56,230 nucleotides of DNA from a virus. Lineage: Duplodnaviria > Caudoviricetes. Location of the stretch: the IMG/VR virus record IMGVR_UViG_3300023443_000297, positions 1 to 56,230 of that record, one strand, 5' to 3'. Shown piece after piece: positions 1-9,483 of this stretch; within the stretch, counting starts at the first letter, position 1; each line of letters starts with the position of its first letter. A program made the position numbers and the translations under genes. The notes below the pieces were generated by a model. It worked only from the letters and a program-made list of their open reading frames with translations. It was not told where the DNA came from and did not search any database.

Positions 1-144
1 TTCCATTAGGCGGTACCCCCCTTGCTGGTTAAGGTTGTCCATAATGTCCATTGTGCCTTAGTCCTCTATACTGGTATCGTACTGGGTGTAGGGAGTGCTA
101 GAGGTGGCAAAGGCGATGATCTCCGGGTCTACACCGCGCTCTAG
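1..144. repeat. Terminal direct repeat, copy 1 (circular assembly overlap)
   Basis: Bases 1-144 are identical to 56087-56230, and ORF 58..432 continues across the junction. Confidence 0.95.
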
Positions 145-432
145 TAGCTTATCCGGGTTGGTACGTGGTTGGCCGGGGCGATTGCTGGGTCTGACTTGAG
201 CACCGTTGAAATCGAACCAGGTACTAGCATCGCCTTCCTGATGGTACTCATCTTGGTATTTGATTGCCATATTAGTTAGGGCTTCTTTAAGCACCTGTTC
301 TTCCTTTTCAAGGGATCTTCGGGCTGCTTTGATAGCGTGGTACTTGCGGATTACCTGTTCTATTTCAGGATCTATAAGTTGGATTGTGGATTTGGTATTA
401 GCTTTCTTGGTTTTGGACTTAGGTGTTGACAT
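58..432 (-). CDS. Hypothetical phage protein with a coiled-coil segment
   Basis: 124-aa ORF with AAGGGGG RBS, tightly packed in the operon. Confidence 0.7.
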   Translation of the reverse strand: MSTPKSKTKKANTKSTIQLIDPEIEQVIRKYHAIKAARRSLEKEEQVLKEALTNMAIKYQDEYHQEGDASTWFDFNGAQVRPSNRPGQPRTNPDKLLERGVDPEIIAFATSSTPYTQYDTSIED

Positions 433-673
433 TATATCCCCCTTTATTAAACCCTAGCCTAATCTGAGCAGCACCACATAAGCACACTGGACATGGAACA
501 ACCGACTGAGAATTGGCTTTAACTTCTAAAACGGTCTCATCATGGACCTGGAATGCCAATGTGCTACTCTCCACAACAAAATCTCGTGACAACAACTCCC
601 CACAATTGCACCGAAATTTTACAGTAATAACATCGCCTTTTGTTGGATTAGATGGTGGATTCTGTTTCTGCAT
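419..673 (-). CDS. Small Cys-rich (zinc-ribbon-like) protein
   Basis: CNCG and CPVC motifs; GGAGG RBS before the ATG at 673. Confidence 0.6.
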   Translation of the reverse strand: MQKQNPPSNPTKGDVITVKFRCNCGELLSRDFVVESSTLAFQVHDETVLEVKANSQSVVPCPVCLCGAAQIRLGFNKGGYNVNT

Positions 674-718
674 AGTATCGCCTCCATATGGCCTTGTGAT
701 GATCCCAGTTCCTGTCAA

Positions 719-1039
719 TCATATGGTGTGGGTTAGCCAGTCCCAGATTCTTCTAAGGCCCTTCTGTTGTTTTTCTTGTTCCTTTTGTAGTTTCATCCTC
801 CAGAACAGGACATCGCGCATCAGTTCGAATTGCCGCAGTAAGTGGGTATTGCTTGGAGTCAGCCCTCTGTAATACTCTCCATCTTGGATAAATACCTCAC
901 CTCCACTGCTGCTGCAGTCCAGGATAGTGCGACCGGTGAAGTCGAACCCAGGCCTAGATCTCAGCCTGGCTATATAAACGTCTATTGATTCCTTTTCCTT
1001 TGCGAACCCTACTAGTGGCTCTTTCTCATACAATGTCAT
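719..1039 (-). CDS. Hypothetical protein
   Basis: Coupled to the polymerase stop by a TAATG overlap. Confidence 0.6.
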   Translation of the reverse strand: MTLYEKEPLVGFAKEKESIDVYIARLRSRPGFDFTGRTILDCSSSGGEVFIQDGEYYRGLTPSNTHLLRQFELMRDVLFWRMKLQKEQEKQQKGLRRIWDWLTHTI

Positions 1040-4000
1040 TAGGTTAGGCTACCCCATCTCTCACCGGATTTCAGTTCCACCTTCAGCGGCACCGATAACT
1101 GCATTACGCTTTCCATTACTGGCTTTATCATCTGACCTAGAACCTCTATGTAATCACACTCTACCTCTAGAATAAGCTCATCGTGAACCTGAAGCAGGAA
1201 TCTAAACCACGGTAATTGCCCTGTGTCTCTGAGTTGGAATAGCCTATTGGTGGCGAGTTTAATAATGGCCTGTGCTCCAGATTGGATCGGCATGTTACCC
1301 GCTGCTCTCTCCCCATCACTCCTAATGCGGCGGATAGGGCAGAATAGCTCAGGCATGTACCGGCGGCGACCTACCATGTCTTGAACATACCCCGTGCGTT
1401 TGGCAAAATTGATATGGTGCTGAAGGAATTGCTTGATTTCTGGAAAGCGTTGGTCATATTCTACCAGAAGCCTAGCGCAATCATCAAGGGACCAGCCGTC
1501 AATGCCCTCCTCTATCAGGCCCTCATACAGACCAAGAGGGGTTATGCCGTAGATTATACTGAAGTTCATCCTCTTGGTGGGGTACCGGTATCTAGTCTGT
1601 TTAGCCTCTTCATATGGTATTCCAAACAGGATAGATGCGGTATAGGTGTGAATGTCCAGGTCTTCCCAGAATAACTGAATCAGGCGTTGGGATGCGGATG
1701 CGTGGGCCATTAGACGCATCTCTATTTGCGAGTTATGAGTATAGACACCACAAGTTAGGGCAAACAATGAGCTAGCATTGTCAATTTCTATATCCCATAC
1801 CGGCAGCGATCCTATAGCCTCAACAGAGACAACCTTATGGTTTAACCCGTTCTTACGCGCCTGGTCACTACACCCTATGGAGCAGAACTTCGCCTTCTTA
1901 GAGGGTGAGGCATAGAAGTCAGCTTCACAACAGAAGCAGACTAACATGGGGCCTTTTCGTTTGCCAAAGTTGGGATTATTCTCACCAACATAACTTCTGC
2001 GTTTGGATAGGGCTATCCTTAACCTTTCTAGTCGCAGGGTATGATCCTGACGCGCATAGGACTCTCGACCATCAATAGACATGTGCTCAAAATTGGGAAG
2101 GTACTCTAAGTTGTCTGGGGAGTTATTATGCTTATCTCCATCTTTGTGTTGAGTAGAGTACCCCACTGGTAAAGGACCATAAGCCCACCTAGCTACTTCG
2201 CGATGTTCATAGGTGTAATTGAAATACGATCCGGTATACAGAGTAGTATAGCCATTACCGGCATAGCTGCGCCGCAATGGCATTAGTCTATTACCAGGGG
2301 ATAACTCTGAGGCGTGTTTCAATACTCCTGTATTGAGAGGTACCCTATGGTTAGGAGTACAGGTGAACTGCTCACCGTTGCTTAATTGAACCCGAATACA
2401 CGCCCGCTCGCCAGAATAAACCTTAGCTTTAACCTCAGAGATCATCGGCCTATTGTCACGATCAACGCTGTAGATAGGATCTCCCGGCTCCAACAATTCA
2501 ATCGGCACTTCACCTAAGGGAGTATCCACCCCTGTTCCCTCAGCCAAACAGTAGTCAGGAGCAAGGAACAGATACCCAGGTGGGGCACAGAAGCCATCAC
2601 GGATGCGTCTGCCATCCTCTGACCTGACTGGCATAGCTTGTAGGTTAACCGGGTCAGATGTGGTGAGGCGACCTGTAGCTCCCCGGGTGGCGCGGATTTG
2701 ACACCGGACCCTAGGAATACCTGCTGAGTCCATAACAGCTACACGGGGGAGGACATCAGCGTAGGAGGTCTTGGCCTTGAGTATCTGCCGGTAGTTTAGG
2801 ATCTCCTGAACTAGAGGAATAACCTCATTGGTAGTGGAGTTGCGGATCTTCTTCAACTCTCTATCGTCAGTGGAGGGCAAACCCGATTCTGAGCGTTTGG
2901 TAATTGGGTGGTTTAGCTTACTGCTCCCGTACACCAGATCAGCTACCTGAACCGGGGAGTTGGGATTGAATGAGCCGTAGCCTCCAAGAATAGCACAGTC
3001 AGCAGCGGAAGTATTAAGGCGATCAGTAAACTCTGCGGATAGTTGATTAAGGTGAGGGGGATCTATAGGCATACCGACATCCATCATCTCATTGATAATA
3101 GGCAGCGTGGGAAGATCTATAGCATTGAGTACAAACCCAAGACCAGCCTCATCTATCATATGGAGTAGTTCATCACGGACCCTGATAGTGGCGTCAGCAT
3201 CTCTGCTTGAATAGTAAATAGTATCGGAGTAGGGTACTTGCTCTAGGCTGGCGTCCAGCATCAGGCCTATAACTGATTCTACTTCGGTTCGTTCTGCTGA
3301 GTTAATATCATGCCATCTGCGGTAAGCATCTGTTTCTGGTTTAGTTTCCACATCATCAAGTATCTTCCAGATTTTTCTACTGATATGATTAGGCTTCCTA
3401 TCGTGTGTGAGGATACTACCTGATTTGTTGTCCCATTTGGTCTCAGTTATGGGATCAGGCTCGGCCCAGAGTTCGCATTCCGCTGCCTGAAGATAGTCTA
3501 GAGCCTTACCCTGGCGGTACTGATGAACATAATCATCATAGGAATACATCTCCATCCCACACAGACGGAATGCCAGCTCCTTTAACCCCTGAGGTAACCC
3601 AAGCAGATAGGCTGCTACCATCGTGTCTATGAATCTGGGAATGCGAATGAATTGAGCATCGTAGAGGTAGTTGTGGACGGTTACTAAACTGGTATCAGGT
3701 ATGGCGGTTTGTGGATCTGGAATTAGATGGGCTGGGATAAACCAGGCTGTACCTGGTTCCATACTCACCTGAACTGACCAGAGCTTAGATCCGCCATCTG
3801 GCCCTGGAACAGTCTCAGTGTCCAGGGAGAACTCTGGCTGAGATAGCAAGGCAAGAGCGTGTTCGGTGCTGGTAACCTCTATGTAGTCAGGGTTGGGGTA
3901 GAGATCTGTCGGTACGAATGATAGGGGATCAGCGCCGTTGAGGATCTCCTTTAAGACTCGGAAATCATCGAAGACCATTCTCAGTTGCGGTGTAGTGTAA

Positions 4001-4536
4001 AGCCCTGCAGCAGGGTGATAGGTTGGAAATATTAGCGTGGGTGGAGCACCGTATTCCTCCTCAGCTGAATTACCGACGTACCGCCACTGTGGTATAGAAT
4101 GTGTGTGCTCTACGGTGAGGGTATCATCACCAAGGAGATAACGTATGGCTGGCTGACCCATTGCTACGATGATTTGAGGGCGAATTATATCTATTTCGAG
4201 TTGCAGCCATTTGTCAGCACAGTAGCGGGTGTCGGCTAGGGATGGTGTAGCATTGTTTCTGGGGCGGCATCGGACGCAATTGGTGATGTAGACTTCAGAT
4301 CGCAGGAGATTGAGATAGCTGAGAAGGTCATCCAGCATAATACCAGCAGCGCCGGTGAAGGGTATGCCATCCTCGTCTTCGTGCTCGCCGGGAGCCTCAC
4401 CAACGAAGAGAATGCGGGAGTTGATGGAGCCGATACCGGGTACAGGGCCAAGGCATGATTGGCGCAGATAGCAGTCAGTGCAGGATCGGACTGCTTGGTA
4501 GATGGGGAAGGTTGATGTTGAGGTTTGGGTTACCAT
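1039..4536 (-). CDS. polA: Family A DNA polymerase with N-terminal family-4 uracil-DNA glycosylase domain, 3'-5' exonuclease and an intein
   Basis: UDG motifs CxxC, GEAPG, TNCVRCRP, YHPAA; exonuclease LDTET; TGRL; motif A DY/SQIEMR split by the intein; motif B KRMNFSIIYG; motif C LQVHDEL. Confidence 0.95.
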   Translation of the reverse strand: MVTQTSTSTFPIYQAVRSCTDCYLRQSCLGPVPGIGSINSRILFVGEAPGEHEDEDGIPFTGAAGIMLDDLLSYLNLLRSEVYITNCVRCRPRNNATPSLADTRYCADKWLQLEIDIIRPQIIVAMGQPAIRYLLGDDTLTVEHTHSIPQWRYVGNSAEEEYGAPPTLIFPTYHPAAGLYTTPQLRMVFDDFRVLKEILNGADPLSFVPTDLYPNPDYIEVTSTEHALALLSQPEFSLDTETVPGPDGGSKLWSVQVSMEPGTAWFIPAHLIPDPQTAIPDTSLVTVHNYLYDAQFIRIPRFIDTMVAAYLLGLPQGLKELAFRLCGMEMYSYDDYVHQYRQGKALDYLQAAECELWAEPDPITETKWDNKSGSILTHDRKPNHISRKIWKILDDVETKPETDAYRRWHDINSAERTEVESVIGLMLDASLEQVPYSDTIYYSSRDADATIRVRDELLHMIDEAGLGFVLNAIDLPTLPIINEMMDVGMPIDPPHLNQLSAEFTDRLNTSAADCAILGGYGSFNPNSPVQVADLVYGSSKLNHPITKRSESGLPSTDDRELKKIRNSTTNEVIPLVQEILNYRQILKAKTSYADVLPRVAVMDSAGIPRVRCQIRATRGATGRLTTSDPVNLQAMPVRSEDGRRIRDGFCAPPGYLFLAPDYCLAEGTGVDTPLGEVPIELLEPGDPIYSVDRDNRPMISEVKAKVYSGERACIRVQLSNGEQFTCTPNHRVPLNTGVLKHASELSPGNRLMPLRRSYAGNGYTTLYTGSYFNYTYEHREVARWAYGPLPVGYSTQHKDGDKHNNSPDNLEYLPNFEHMSIDGRESYARQDHTLRLERLRIALSKRRSYVGENNPNFGKRKGPMLVCFCCEADFYASPSKKAKFCSIGCSDQARKNGLNHKVVSVEAIGSLPVWDIEIDNASSLFALTCGVYTHNSQIEMRLMAHASASQRLIQLFWEDLDIHTYTASILFGIPYEEAKQTRYRYPTKRMNFSIIYGITPLGLYEGLIEEGIDGWSLDDCARLLVEYDQRFPEIKQFLQHHINFAKRTGYVQDMVGRRRYMPELFCPIRRIRSDGERAAGNMPIQSGAQAIIKLATNRLFQLRDTGQLPWFRFLLQVHDELILEVECDYIEVLGQMIKPVMESVMQLSVPLKVELKSGERWGSLT
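1732..2550 (-). mobile_element. Intein (273 aa) with HNH homing endonuclease, inserted in PolA motif A
   Basis: Begins CLAEGT, block B CTPNHR, HNH motif HREVA...HKDGDKHNNSPDNL, ends THN followed by +1 Ser; excision restores DYSQIEMR. Confidence 0.93.
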
Positions 4537-4743
4537 TTAACTAAACTGGAACTGAAGTACTGCCCTGACTGAGGTTGCTTCTTTAAGGACCGGCGCGTTG
4601 GCTATGAAATCAACGAACATATTCTTCCGCGTCTCTTGATGATTCCATGCTACTGCTGACTGGTAAGCCTGATCCATAGTCTCGAATTCTACGTTTCCGA
4701 TTACTATTTGTTGGGTCTCTTGGTTAGTCATCCAGAACTTCAT
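4537..4743 (-). CDS. Small hypothetical protein
   Basis: 68-aa ORF with RBS, abutting polA. Confidence 0.55.
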   Translation of the reverse strand: MKFWMTNQETQQIVIGNVEFETMDQAYQSAVAWNHQETRKNMFVDFIANAPVLKEATSVRAVLQFQFS

Positions 4744-4747
4744 TTCC

Positions 4748-4873
4748 TTACCTATTTACCGTCACTATGATTTTTCCCTTGGGAGTGTAGGTGATTTCTA
4801 CGCTTCGTCCGAGTCCTTCATGGAAACTTATGTAGTTCCAAGACTCGCTCTCTGTTATAAATACCTTCCTCAT
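4748..4873 (-). CDS. Small hypothetical protein (41 aa, MRKVFITESE...)
   Basis: Read by eye; AAGGGGAG RBS, directly downstream of a promoter. Confidence 0.5.
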   Translation of the reverse strand: MRKVFITESESWNYISFHEGLGRSVEITYTPKGKIIVTVNR

Positions 4874-4908
4874 CTCTGCTCCCCTTGGTTGATTTCCTTG
4901 ACACCTTT

Positions 4909-4937
4909 ATAGTAGCATACCCTTGCCTGTATGTCAA
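4909..4937 (-). promoter_or_regulatory. Sigma70-type promoter
   Basis: TTGACA-N17-TACTAT with extended -10 TG. Confidence 0.8.
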
Positions 4938-5713
4938 GCCTTTTCAGAACCATTAACAGATTCATCTATAATCCTGTCTGCTAGAGTTTTGCCGATACCA
5001 TCCACCTGCATTAAGGCCTTGGTATCCCCCTCCAATATAGCCAGGCACAAATCAGCCAGAGAACTGAACCGTTGTTCAAATGCCCTAGACCGGACCCACC
5101 CTATATCAGGGAACTGAGATGCTACCCTCCTGAGCAGGCTAGGACGCTCAAGAAACCCAGCATAGGCATCGGGTGGTGTATAGAACTGGCGCAATGAGGT
5201 ATGGTCTTCCGGTGGCCGCTGGAATAAGTAGTACAGGTCCATAGCTATCTTGGCAGTCTCGCTAGGCGAGGATGATCGCCTGGATCTGACACTGAGATAG
5301 AGGTCAAGCTCATTAAGGTAATCATCCAAGCGCTTGTACTCCAAATCGGGTAGCTGTCCTCTACGGATTCTGACCTGACTCATAGGAACCCACTTAGACC
5401 CAGAACGGACCTCAATTAGACCGGACGTAGGACCAGGACGGAATATGCCCTCTACTATAATGAATATGAAGTCAAACCCCGCTGTACTGGCATCTTGGAC
5501 CTGCTGCATATGACGGCCTGAGGCAAGGATGCATTGGACTATATCATAGAGCTTCTTACGCTCAATGCAGACGCGGATGGGCTGGTGGTTTCCCCAGACT
5601 CCGAAGAATACTATATCTCCGTATGGTAAAGGTGTTGGTACCGCTAAGCCGCCAATCAAGGGAATCAGATCGTTATTAAACGGATCGTTGGGGGCACTGG
5701 CTACCAGGATCAT
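4934..5713 (-). CDS. ERCC4/XPF-type nuclease (possible resolvase)
   Basis: GDIVF...CIERKKLYDI...IIVEG motif; C-terminal helix-hairpin-helix VDGIGKTLA. Confidence 0.85.
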   Translation of the reverse strand: MILVASAPNDPFNNDLIPLIGGLAVPTPLPYGDIVFFGVWGNHQPIRVCIERKKLYDIVQCILASGRHMQQVQDASTAGFDFIFIIVEGIFRPGPTSGLIEVRSGSKWVPMSQVRIRRGQLPDLEYKRLDDYLNELDLYLSVRSRRSSSPSETAKIAMDLYYLFQRPPEDHTSLRQFYTPPDAYAGFLERPSLLRRVASQFPDIGWVRSRAFEQRFSSLADLCLAILEGDTKALMQVDGIGKTLADRIIDESVNGSEKA

Positions 5714-5898
5714 TTCCCGGCCCCCTGATTACGGGGTTCTACTCCTTTAGCTCGGCGTCTTACTCTGTCATGCTCACGCCTGCATGTAAGGCAATCTCTT
5801 CTATTCCCTTCAGGATAAGTATAAGTATTGCCAATCGTAAGCTCGTGCCTATTGATACAATAAGTAACTGACCAGGTATGGGATTGTTGAGTTGCCAT
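5710..5898 (-). CDS. Small zinc-finger protein resembling the module found C-terminal to phage HNH nucleases
   Basis: CINRHEL..GNTY...RDCLTCRR. Confidence 0.6.
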   Translation of the reverse strand: MATQQSHTWSVTYCINRHELTIGNTYTYPEGNRRDCLTCRREHDRVRRRAKGVEPRNQGAGK

Positions 5899-6038
5899 CT
5901 AATTAGCTCCCCTATACGGCAAGTATCATTGAGTTATTCCAGCAGTTATTACCCGGAGTTTAGGTTGGTTCTACCCCGTACAGATCAGGTTCCATAATCA
6001 AAAATCCATGCCTCTGAGAATATTCGTAGTCTGCCTTA

Positions 6039-6836
6039 TCAGACTCCGTTAGGAGACCACTGATGTACAAACCACTCTAGGTATTGAATCGAGAACTGAT
6101 CCCCACCTAGACTATAGCCGTTGCAGAATGGATTCTGCCGACAGTCCTTGACCCATGCACTGAAGTTAGGCAAGGTACCGGGTTGCTCTGGATCCTGTCG
6201 AGAATTCTGGATGTTGAGTTGGACCAGGAAATCCATATCCGAGAATCCCTTTACCTCAAGCTGCTCTGATTGGTACTTCTTGGCCATCTTGTGGATGAAG
6301 ATAGTTGTAGCGGTGGGGTGATCATAGGCCCAGCGCACCACCCCGCGCAGATCAGCATACACTACCGGATATTGGTTGGGCATAGCGCCGATCTTACCGA
6401 AGTGTGCCAGCCTGCTGAGTTCGTAGGCTTCAGTCCAGGTGTCCAAGATGACTGTGCCAGGGTTCATGCTATATGCGGTCCATAAGGCTTGCTTTAGACC
6501 CTCCCACTGTCGTAACCAGATCTGTTGTTGCTGCTGCTCCGTTCCAGTTGCGGCGCTCCTTTCAAAACGTACCTCATACAGGAATACATCTATGCCTGCT
6601 CTAGCGAATTTCTCGACTACGCCCTCGGTACCGATGTCCAGACTGAATACGTATACAGGGGAGCGACCAGTTAAGGCTAGGTGAGTCTTGCCAGTTTTCT
6701 CAGGGCCAGCTAGGTTGATTATAAGGCGCTGCGGAGTTTGGCTGGATGCGCGAACGAAACCCTGGTCTTGAATGTACTGAAGCTGTTCAGCGTTGTATGG
6801 TACTACTAATTGGGAATTCAGGGGTACAAGTGTCAT
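6039..6836 (-). CDS. P-loop AAA ATPase (Sak4/AAA_24-like recombination protein)
   Basis: Walker A GPEKTGKT, Walker B VILDT; adjacent to an exonuclease. Confidence 0.75.
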   Translation of the reverse strand: MTLVPLNSQLVVPYNAEQLQYIQDQGFVRASSQTPQRLIINLAGPEKTGKTHLALTGRSPVYVFSLDIGTEGVVEKFARAGIDVFLYEVRFERSAATGTEQQQQQIWLRQWEGLKQALWTAYSMNPGTVILDTWTEAYELSRLAHFGKIGAMPNQYPVVYADLRGVVRWAYDHPTATTIFIHKMAKKYQSEQLEVKGFSDMDFLVQLNIQNSRQDPEQPGTLPNFSAWVKDCRQNPFCNGYSLGGDQFSIQYLEWFVHQWSPNGV

Positions 6837-7017
6837 AGGTCAAAGGTCCTTCCTTTTCGGAGTTTTCCCAAGATGGCGGCTGAATCCGCGATAGGGACGT
6901 TTGGGTTCGCTGTTACTGTCATAGCATCTCGAACACAGACCGTCACCTAGCTCGGATTCAACACCGCACTTGGAACAGTTGCCAGTAGTGGAATCAGGGC
7001 ATCTCGGGTTTGCGGGG

Positions 7018-7368
7018 TTATTCAGAGTCGTCATCTTCTGAGCTGTCGTCTTGCCCAAGGTACTCTTCCATCGTAGTGGCTAGTATCTTCCTACCCCAGG
7101 TGGCTTTGGTGGGAATTAGTTCTGTAAGCATGAGCCAAGCTGCCTTATAGTTCCCTGCTCCATCTATAGCAGCCTCTATTCGGTTGATGCCGCTTAGAAC
7201 AGCAGTCTCGAAATTATCAGTGACCGCAAAGGGTGTAACTTCGGGATACTTAGCTAAAGGGTTGACAGGGGTCCACATGGTACCACAGGATACACAGACT
7301 AGATTATGCCCTACCCCTTCTGGGTCTGGGATCCATTGTATTGTGACAGTATTGCAACAGTTTTCCAT
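7018..7368 (-). CDS. Hypothetical protein
   Basis: AAGGAG RBS, CxxC motif. Confidence 0.55.
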   Translation of the reverse strand: MENCCNTVTIQWIPDPEGVGHNLVCVSCGTMWTPVNPLAKYPEVTPFAVTDNFETAVLSGINRIEAAIDGAGNYKAAWLMLTELIPTKATWGRKILATTMEEYLGQDDSSEDDDSE

Positions 7369-7394
7369 GACAGTTCTCCTTTTGGCTACTTTAC

Positions 7395-7991
7395 TTATGG
7401 CTTGTGGCTTTCTAGGTAGTCTTTGGTCTTGAGTATCATTTGCCAGTTTTCCTGAATCTCCTGCTCAGAGAAGTCCAGCATATAGATCCGGGAAGAGGCC
7501 GATGGGGGCCTAGTAGTGATATTGGCTACCGGCATCCACACCGACCTCACTCCGAATGCGTAGCAGTAACCCTTGCACTGGGCCATCCAGTCCAGGTTAT
7601 CGCGGGGATCAGACCTGGGAGTAAAGCGGAACTTGGACTCGTGTACTGCTATGATGGATTTAGCACTAGCCTCACTGAATACCAGACCGTCCACATTACA
7701 GATTACCCCATCACATTCTCGCTGCTCGGGTAGACTGGTGTTAAACCCGAGTTTACGAACCCTACCATTAAAGGAAGAGCGTGAGGCCTCCTCCCAGAAC
7801 CGCCCCATGTCCATCAACCCTTGTACCATATCATCCGGCTCCTCTCTTGGTGTGATAGGTTTGTTCCTTGCTATGAGCTTAGACGCTCGGATAAGATCGG
7901 TTAAGTGGTATCCGGGTGCCCTAGTCGGTGCCATGCTGAGATAATCAGCTATGAAACCTAGACTGAAGTCCATTTCAGCGAGACCAACCAT
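7395..7991 (-). CDS. PD-(D/E)xK (Cas4/RecB-like) exonuclease
   Basis: G..WEE, NVDG...VHESK, QCKGY motifs. Confidence 0.75.
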   Translation of the reverse strand: MVGLAEMDFSLGFIADYLSMAPTRAPGYHLTDLIRASKLIARNKPITPREEPDDMVQGLMDMGRFWEEASRSSFNGRVRKLGFNTSLPEQRECDGVICNVDGLVFSEASAKSIIAVHESKFRFTPRSDPRDNLDWMAQCKGYCYAFGVRSVWMPVANITTRPPSASSRIYMLDFSEQEIQENWQMILKTKDYLESHKP

Positions 7992-8109
7992 TGAGGGTCC
8001 TCATTGAATAAGGGATAGGGAACCGGTAACTACCCATGCCTCGTTTATTGCTCTTAGGCTGTCAGGCGTTGCGAATCGCCCTTTCATCACCGGCCCCCTA
8101 AGCCCCCTC

Positions 8110-9114
8110 TTATCGGGAAACGTTATGGCCCTGTACTTGATATCCTACAGACTGCAACGCTGCCGTGAACTCAGGAGAGAACACATGGGTTGCTAGTTGG
8201 TCCCGGAACGGGTATTGATTCTGATCGGCATAGGTTGAATACACCGATGCCATCACCTGCTGTAGAGTGAACTGAGGACCGAGCGCGGGTAGCAATCCCA
8301 TAGCGGTGCCACCTAGGTCTACTCCGTTAACTGGAGGAACGGGGGCGATAGGAGCAACTGGTGCTACTGGTACGGGTGCAGCTGGTACAGGGGGTGCAAC
8401 TGGCGCTACCGGTGCTACAGGAACAGCAGCAACAGCAGCAACGGCGGCAACTGGGACAGCAGGGGCAATAGGAGCACCGGGCATCGTGGGGGCAGCGGGG
8501 GCAGCAGCAGTAGGAGCAGCAACTGGGGCACCAACAGCTTGAGCTTGCCAAGGGAACCGGTGGATCTGTGTTGGCACCAATATCATATTCTGGCGATTCT
8601 GCTGTTGCTGTGTTCTACTTAGTCCAGGCCTAGGAGGCTCTACCTGGCCATCCCAGTACGCATACAGACCCTCCATGACTGAGATATCACCATCCTTCAG
8701 CCTGTCCACTGGGAATTGGCAATTGGCAAGCGCCGTCATTAGGATACCATGGTTGGAGTTCTTGCTGATACCCGTTGCACCTGTTAAGAGCATGACCTTT
8801 TTCTTGTCTACGCTGGGCATGAACCTGGTAGGGTCACCAATGCTGTAGTGTTGGGGGCTGAGGGTTTGACCATTGTCATCCACAAAGACCAGCTTAAGGG
8901 CTACAGTCTGGGGGGCCTTGCCATTGTAGTCGTAGTAGTCAATGGTGGCCTCCTTGACGGTGAGGTTCTGCTGAACCGGGGGACCACCACCCTCAACCAT
9001 GTCATCCGGGGCCATTGACGCTGCTACTCCCTGTTGAGTCGCTTGAGGCTGTCCCGGTACACCTGGGGGAGCACCTGGCATAGGGGTAGGTGGTACGAAC
9101 GGTTGCTGTGTCAT
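8110..9114 (-). CDS. Pro/Ala/Val-rich protein, possibly an ssDNA-binding or recombination accessory protein
   Basis: AAGGAGG RBS before 9114; low-complexity PVA linker; sits in the recombination module (function inferred). Confidence 0.5.
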   Translation of the reverse strand: MTQQPFVPPTPMPGAPPGVPGQPQATQQGVAASMAPDDMVEGGGPPVQQNLTVKEATIDYYDYNGKAPQTVALKLVFVDDNGQTLSPQHYSIGDPTRFMPSVDKKKVMLLTGATGISKNSNHGILMTALANCQFPVDRLKDGDISVMEGLYAYWDGQVEPPRPGLSRTQQQQNRQNMILVPTQIHRFPWQAQAVGAPVAAPTAAAPAAPTMPGAPIAPAVPVAAVAAVAAVPVAPVAPVAPPVPAAPVPVAPVAPIAPVPPVNGVDLGGTAMGLLPALGPQFTLQQVMASVYSTYADQNQYPFRDQLATHVFSPEFTAALQSVGYQVQGHNVSR

Positions 9115-9164
9115 CTGGGTATCCTCCTTTATTTGGGTCACGATTTTGGTACGTTTGGGGTGTT

Positions 9165-9194
9165 ATGGTAGCATACGGTTTGAGTGCCTGTCAA
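9165..9194 (-). promoter_or_regulatory. Sigma70-type promoter
   Basis: TTGACA-N18-TACCAT with extended -10 TG. Confidence 0.75.
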
Positions 9195-9227
9195 GGGCTC
9201 AACCGTAGATAGCGAAGAGCTGCTCCA

Positions 9228-9431
9228 TTATTCAAAGTCCTGGGGAACAGGCGCTAAATGGTGTACATGCGCCAGTTGCGCCATTATCAATCTAGCCACT
9301 CCATAGGTATCTCCGGCAATTAAGCTGTAGGCGCTATTTCTAATTAATACTTGGACTTCATTGGTTAGGTTCATAAAAGTTTCAGAGGAGTTAACTCGGT
9401 TAGTTTCTAGGTCTAATGTCCAATCTTCCAT
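9228..9431 (-). CDS. Small hypothetical protein
   Basis: 67-aa ORF with GGGAG RBS. Confidence 0.55.
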   Translation of the reverse strand: MEDWTLDLETNRVNSSETFMNLTNEVQVLIRNSAYSLIAGDTYGVARLIMAQLAHVHHLAPVPQDFE

Positions 9432-9483
9432 CAGGTAATATTCTCCCTGTGTATGATCTCAGCTAAGTCTGGGAATGGGGGCA

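Noticed and set aside
1-144. Physical terminal repeats of the virion DNA
   Set aside because: The repeat falls mid-gene and is most simply an assembler circularisation overlap
5899-6038. tRNA or ncRNA in this intergenic gap
   Set aside because: No cloverleaf, T-loop or convincing stem seen
8016-8100. Hammerhead ribozyme or c-di-GMP riboswitch
   Set aside because: Contains GAAA/CUGA and GCCUAA/GUUACCG fragments but not the complete cores in the right order; kept only as an unassigned structured RNA
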